From Motiliproteus sp. (GTDB lineage: Bacteria > Pseudomonadota > Gammaproteobacteria > Pseudomonadales > Balneatricaceae), in the NCBI GenBank assembly GCA_047622605.1, contig JBLHND010000001.1:1-51909 (forward strand): a stretch of 51,909 nt of DNA, in the 5' to 3' direction. This document shows, piece by piece, positions 47,758 through 51,909 of this stretch. The notes beneath the pieces were generated by a model. The model saw nothing but the letters and a program-made list of their open reading frames with translations. It did no database searches and was not told the DNA's origin. Each line of letters begins with the position of its first letter. The first letter of the stretch is position 1. A program made the translations under genes and the position numbers.

Positions 47758-49365
47758 TCAGCTGAACTTCAATGCATAGCCGACGGCCTTCAGGTAGTCC
47801 TGTTCACGTTCGAGATTGGTCAGGGTGAGGGGGTGGTCGTCAAGCCAGCCCGGCGGGAAGCTCAGCTCGAGATGGTCGTCGTGATAATCGAGGCTGACCT
47901 CGGGCACCTGGTCGGGTTGGCGGCTCTGATTAAAAATGACGGCTAAGCGCAGCAGCATGCAGAGTGCCAGCAGTACCTGACGACGCTTGGGCCGGAACTG
48001 CTCCAGCTCCGGCAGCGGCAGCTTACGCCGGTGACCCCGGACCAGCAGCGCCAGCTGCAGCTGTTCACTCTGGCCGAAGCCCATCAGATCCGAATGCTGT
48101 ATCAGGTAGGCGCCGTGTTTCTGGAACTGGCTGTGAGAGATCGACAGCCCCACCTCATGCAGACGTGCCGCCCAGCTGATCAGGCTGCGGTATTTGTCGG
48201 CGGAGAAGGGGGTCTGTTCCAGGCAGGCCAGGGCGGTGGCCTCCACTGCCCCGGCCTGTTCGGTCTCTATATGGTAGCGCTGCAGCAGCGCGTTAATGGT
48301 GCGTTCGCGGACATCCTCATGCTGGCGCCGGCCGACCATATCGTAGAGCAGTCCTTCGCGCAGGGCGCCGTCGGAGAAACTCAGGGTCTCTATCTTCAGG
48401 GATTCAAACACCGCGATCAGGATTGCCAGCCCGCCCGGCAGCAGCTGGGCGCGCTCGGACTTGAGGCCGTCAAACTGGATCTTGTCGATACTGCCGAACT
48501 CCAGCAGCCGCTGTTTGAGCTTGTTCAGGTTAAGCAGCGACAGGTGTTGGGGGCCGGTCGGATCCAATTGACAGAGTTCGAGCAGCGCCTTAGCGGTACC
48601 GGATGAGCCCAGTACATCGCTCCAGCCCTGCTTGAGGTATTTCTTGCGGATGCTCAGCAGCTCGACATGGGCGGCATTGATGGCGGCATTGAATCTCTTG
48701 GGGCTGAGCTGGCCATTGGTAAAGTAACGTTGGGTGTAAGAGACGCAGCCCATATGCAGGCTTTCTAGCTCCAGGGGGGCAAAGCGTTCGCCAATAATCA
48801 GTTCGGTACTGCCGCCCCCAATATCGATCACCAGGCGGCGATCGCCGTCATCGGCCTGCGAATGCGCCACGCCCAGATAGATCAGTCGCGCCTCTTCACG
48901 GCCGGAGATTACCTCCACCGAACAGCCGAGCAGGGCTTCTGCCGGCTCGATAAAGGCCATTCGGTTATAGGCCGCCCTCAGGCTGTTGGTACCCACCACT
49001 CGAATCTGCTCGCGCGGAATCCCGGCGATGCGCTGCGCAAAGCGCTCCAGGCAGGCCATGCCGCGCGCCATGGCGGCCTCCTCCAGTTGACGGGAGTCCA
49101 GGCCTGCGGCCAGCTGTACCTTCTCGCCGAGCCGGTCGATCGGCTGCAACTCGCCCTGATCCAGGCGCGCCACGATCAGATGAAAGCTGTTGGAGCCCAG
49201 ATCGATCGCCGCATACTGGTTAGAGAGGCTGTCGTGATCGGTTCCCGGCAGGTTGTCGGTCATAAGGCTGGGCGTCTTGTCAGGAGTATCTGAGGTGTCG
49301 ATAGCGGCCGTTTTGTGGGTAGCCGGTTTGAGGGCAGAGAGGGCAGAGAGAGGGTGCTCATGCAT
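47758..49365 (-). CDS. ppx: Exopolyphosphatase Ppx
   Basis: AAIDLGSNSFH, SGREEARLIY, DIGGGSTE, GALREG and LHEVG motifs. Start is uncertain (49365 or 49263); the longer 49614 ORF start is unlikely. Confidence 0.9.
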   Translation of the reverse strand: MHEHPLSALSALKPATHKTAAIDTSDTPDKTPSLMTDNLPGTDHDSLSNQYAAIDLGSNSFHLIVARLDQGELQPIDRLGEKVQLAAGLDSRQLEEAAMARGMACLERFAQRIAGIPREQIRVVGTNSLRAAYNRMAFIEPAEALLGCSVEVISGREEARLIYLGVAHSQADDGDRRLVIDIGGGSTELIIGERFAPLELESLHMGCVSYTQRYFTNGQLSPKRFNAAINAAHVELLSIRKKYLKQGWSDVLGSSGTAKALLELCQLDPTGPQHLSLLNLNKLKQRLLEFGSIDKIQFDGLKSERAQLLPGGLAILIAVFESLKIETLSFSDGALREGLLYDMVGRRQHEDVRERTINALLQRYHIETEQAGAVEATALACLEQTPFSADKYRSLISWAARLHEVGLSISHSQFQKHGAYLIQHSDLMGFGQSEQLQLALLVRGHRRKLPLPELEQFRPKRRQVLLALCMLLRLAVIFNQSRQPDQVPEVSLDYHDDHLELSFPPGWLDDHPLTLTNLEREQDYLKAVGYALKFS

Positions 49366-49758
49366 GCGGGATTCCATTCGCCTGATTGGCGGGCTTGGCA
49401 GGGGCGTCATGCGTGGCATGGCGGCGAGGATCTGGGGGGGGGTCATTGACCCTCCACTCGTGAGGGGTATCATCGCTGCTATAGCGCTGAAAAGCCAGTC
49501 CGGGGGTGCGCTGTTAGAAAAAGGGACGGACTTAGCCTCGTTAATCAGCCCCAGGGGCTGGTTAACGAGGCTAAGTCCGCTATGAGGCCGCGTTACATGC
49601 ATGGAGTTAACCACCAGGTACTGCGCTGGATGGAGAAGAGGAGGGGCCCGCTGCTAATAAAACGCAGACCGGACCTCTCTTGGAGGTAAGGGGGTGGGCC
49701 CTGCACCGAAGTGCTGGGCCAACCCCTTATAAAACGCCACCGGCTTTATGAGCAAGCC

Positions 49759-49788
49759 GCGTTGCAGGGGTGGACACCCCTGCAACGC
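49759..49788. terminator. Strong hairpin downstream of the adhesin gene
   Basis: GCGTTGCAGGGGT-GGAC-ACCCCTGCAACGC forms a 13-bp perfect stem, with no clear U-tract. Confidence 0.45.
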
Positions 49789-49888
49789 CAACAGGCTGTG
49801 GCGGAGTATCAACGGCGCTGGAACGCCTGGGTTAACTCAGGCGTATCGGCGTTACGCGGCGGCTAGGTTAATGGGTATGATCTCGTCC

Positions 49889-51909
49889 TTAGATCGAAAA
49901 CGTTGCAGGGTACGTATTGTACCTGACCGATGTTACCGCCTGTGACCCCGTGGGTGCCGATCCTGTCCACAAGTCAACGGTGGATAGTCCGTAGCCACTT
50001 GGCGCGAACCTAAATAACTGTCCATCTGCCCGCAATGTGACCGCTGGGTTGTTGAGAGAGCTCCACTTGATGATCGCGCTGCTTGACAGTCCTTGAGACT
50101 TAGATACCTCAAGGCTTTGGGCGATCACGGCCTCACCATTAACTTTCGCTGACATTGTAATACGGTCGTCTTCATCTAAATTCGCACCGCCGAGAACGTC
50201 TGAGACGTCGGTTTTCTGTCTTGTACTGGCATTTACCAATATATAAATCTCGTAGACTGTGTCGTCGAAAAACTCTGTAAACGTTGATCCGTTGGATCCG
50301 TCTTTAACCGTGCCGGCTGTTAAATCGAAGATGACTACAACTGGTACGGGTGCATCAACTGTCACCAGGAAGTCGTCGGTAGGTATACTGGCATTACCAG
50401 CAGCGTCACTCTCGATAACGCTGAACGCGTGATCGCCATTAGTGAGCGCTTCAGTGCTGTAACTCCAGGTCGTGCCGTCGCCGGTCTCGGTAGCATCGCC
50501 GAGCTCAGAGTTCCCGTCAAAGACTGTGACGGTTGAGCCTGCTTCTTTGCTGCCGGTGATGACCAGGGTGTTATCGTCGGTGGTCGCGCCCGTGGTGACG
50601 GTGCCCGTATCATCATTGACGGCGGTCAGGTTGGCGATGGGTGGCGTCGTATCAACCAAATAGCCGGCATTGTCACCCACGCTGTCGTGCGTCAGTATCG
50701 CCAGGTTGCCTATCTCATCTGTCAAGATGGCACCGTTTAGACTGAGTGCGTTGCTTCCAATACTTATGCCGTTGGTATCGGTGTTACCGGCTGTTATGGC
50801 GTAAGCAAACACCACTGCTTTGCTGTCGTGGCCTGAGGCGTATAGGGCTTGTACCTCTTCGTTACCGATAGTCAGTGTTAGCTCGGGTGAGCCACCGCTA
50901 GTATCGACGAAAACTTTCTCACTCATAGTGACGGAAACTATCACTATATCTCCCACATTGAGTGTGTTGTTCCTTGAATTTATGCCGATAGTGATGGCGA
51001 CACTGCTGACGGTGGGTGGCTGGGTATCACCCGTCACCACGAAGTCAGAGGTGGGGTTACTGGTGTTGCCGGCAGCATCGGTAGCTGTCACGTTGAAGGC
51101 GTGCTCAGTCCCATCAACAACAGTGGCCTCGTAACTCCAGGCAGTTCCATCAACGCTGGCCACACCGAGTTGGGTTGTCCCGTCGTAAACGATCACGCTA
51201 GCCCCACTTTCGTTCGTGCCGGTAAGCAGCAGTAACGTATCGTCGGTGGCGTCACCAGAAGTTAAGAAACCTCGGACAGAGCCTACATCATCCTCGGCCT
51301 TCGTGAAGGTGACGGTGGGAGGGGTATCATCCAGGTCCTCGATACTCAGACTAACTTCCTGCTCGCGGCTGTTGCCGGTGTCATCGGTCGCCACCAGGGT
51401 GAAGCTGTATATGGATTTGGTTTCATAATCCGGATTACCGATCAGGGTGACCTCGCCCGTAGTTTCATTAATGCTGAACGCGGAGATATCGCCGGTCTCG
51501 GGTTTAAGGATGTAGCTAAAGCCGGTGGTATCGGAGTCGTCGGCGAGGTCCGCCGTATCAGTGGCAACGGGGGTATACACCAGCTGGCCGGCACCGCTGT
51601 TCTCATTGATGGGGGTGGCCGTCGCGGTCTCGCCACCGGTGAAGGTGGGCGCAGTGTCATCCAGGTCGTTGATCGTCAGGCTGACGGCCTGCTCGCTGCT
51701 GTTGTCGTCCGTATCGGTCGCTACCACCGTGAAACTGTAGCTGGATTTAGTTTCATGATCCGGATCAGCGGTGAGGGTTACCGCGCCACCAACGATGCTG
51801 AACAGAGCAGCGTCGGTACCCGCTAGGCTGTAGATCAAGGCGCCGCTGGTATTGGAGTTGTCGTCGCTGTCCGCCGTATCGGTGGCAACCGCGGTGTAGA
51901 CCACCTGGC
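49889..51909 (-). CDS. 3' part of a large cadherin/Ig-like repeat adhesin (continues beyond the window)
   Basis: Cadherin motifs DHETKSSYSFTVVATD and INDLDDTAPTF; Big domains with TDAAGN; frame is open to the window edge. Confidence 0.85.
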   Translation of the reverse strand, partial: QVVYTAVATDTADSDDNSNTSGALIYSLAGTDAALFSIVGGAVTLTADPDHETKSSYSFTVVATDTDDNSSEQAVSLTINDLDDTAPTFTGGETATATPINENSGAGQLVYTPVATDTADLADDSDTTGFSYILKPETGDISAFSINETTGEVTLIGNPDYETKSIYSFTLVATDDTGNSREQEVSLSIEDLDDTPPTVTFTKAEDDVGSVRGFLTSGDATDDTLLLLTGTNESGASVIVYDGTTQLGVASVDGTAWSYEATVVDGTEHAFNVTATDAAGNTSNPTSDFVVTGDTQPPTVSSVAITIGINSRNNTLNVGDIVIVSVTMSEKVFVDTSGGSPELTLTIGNEEVQALYASGHDSKAVVFAYAITAGNTDTNGISIGSNALSLNGAILTDEIGNLAILTHDSVGDNAGYLVDTTPPIANLTAVNDDTGTVTTGATTDDNTLVITGSKEAGSTVTVFDGNSELGDATETGDGTTWSYSTEALTNGDHAFSVIESDAAGNASIPTDDFLVTVDAPVPVVVIFDLTAGTVKDGSNGSTFTEFFDDTVYEIYILVNASTRQKTDVSDVLGGANLDEDDRITMSAKVNGEAVIAQSLEVSKSQGLSSSAIIKWSSLNNPAVTLRADGQLFRFAPSGYGLSTVDLWTGSAPTGSQAVTSVRYNTYPATFSI

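Overview
This is a chromosomal window from a moderately GC-rich gammaproteobacterium. The compatible-solute catabolism and Na+-coupled transporters suggest a marine or halotolerant organism, which is an inference. In order it holds: (1) an L-carnitine catabolic cluster (cdhB/cdhR/cdhC/cdhA-like genes, a dedicated betaine-type ABC transporter and a HocS-like esterase); (2) a GntR-controlled ehuBCDA-doeA ectoine/hydroxyectoine operon; (3) a bacterial voltage-gated cation channel with a TFEDWTD filter and a partial duplicate of its pore region; (4) an Ig-repeat surface protein; (5) housekeeping and signalling genes (HAD hydrolase, lasT, PAS-GGDEF-EAL, cysK, a kinase-less SLC5 sensor-like protein, orphan yidD); (6) phosphate genes nptA, ppk1, psiE and ppx, with a norR-nirK-norCB-orf-sco-pcuAC-norDQEF denitrification block between ppk1 and ppx; (7) the 3' part of a cadherin/Ig adhesin. 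The best candidate for an undescribed system is the ectoine operon. It lacks doeB/doeC/doeD/eutABC and instead carries a threonine aldolase, an aldehyde dehydrogenase and an M20 amidohydrolase, which fits a retro-aldol route from 5-hydroxyectoine to two glycines plus acetate. I found no rRNA, tRNA, CRISPR array or transposase. All calls come from motif recognition by eye, and no database searches were run.
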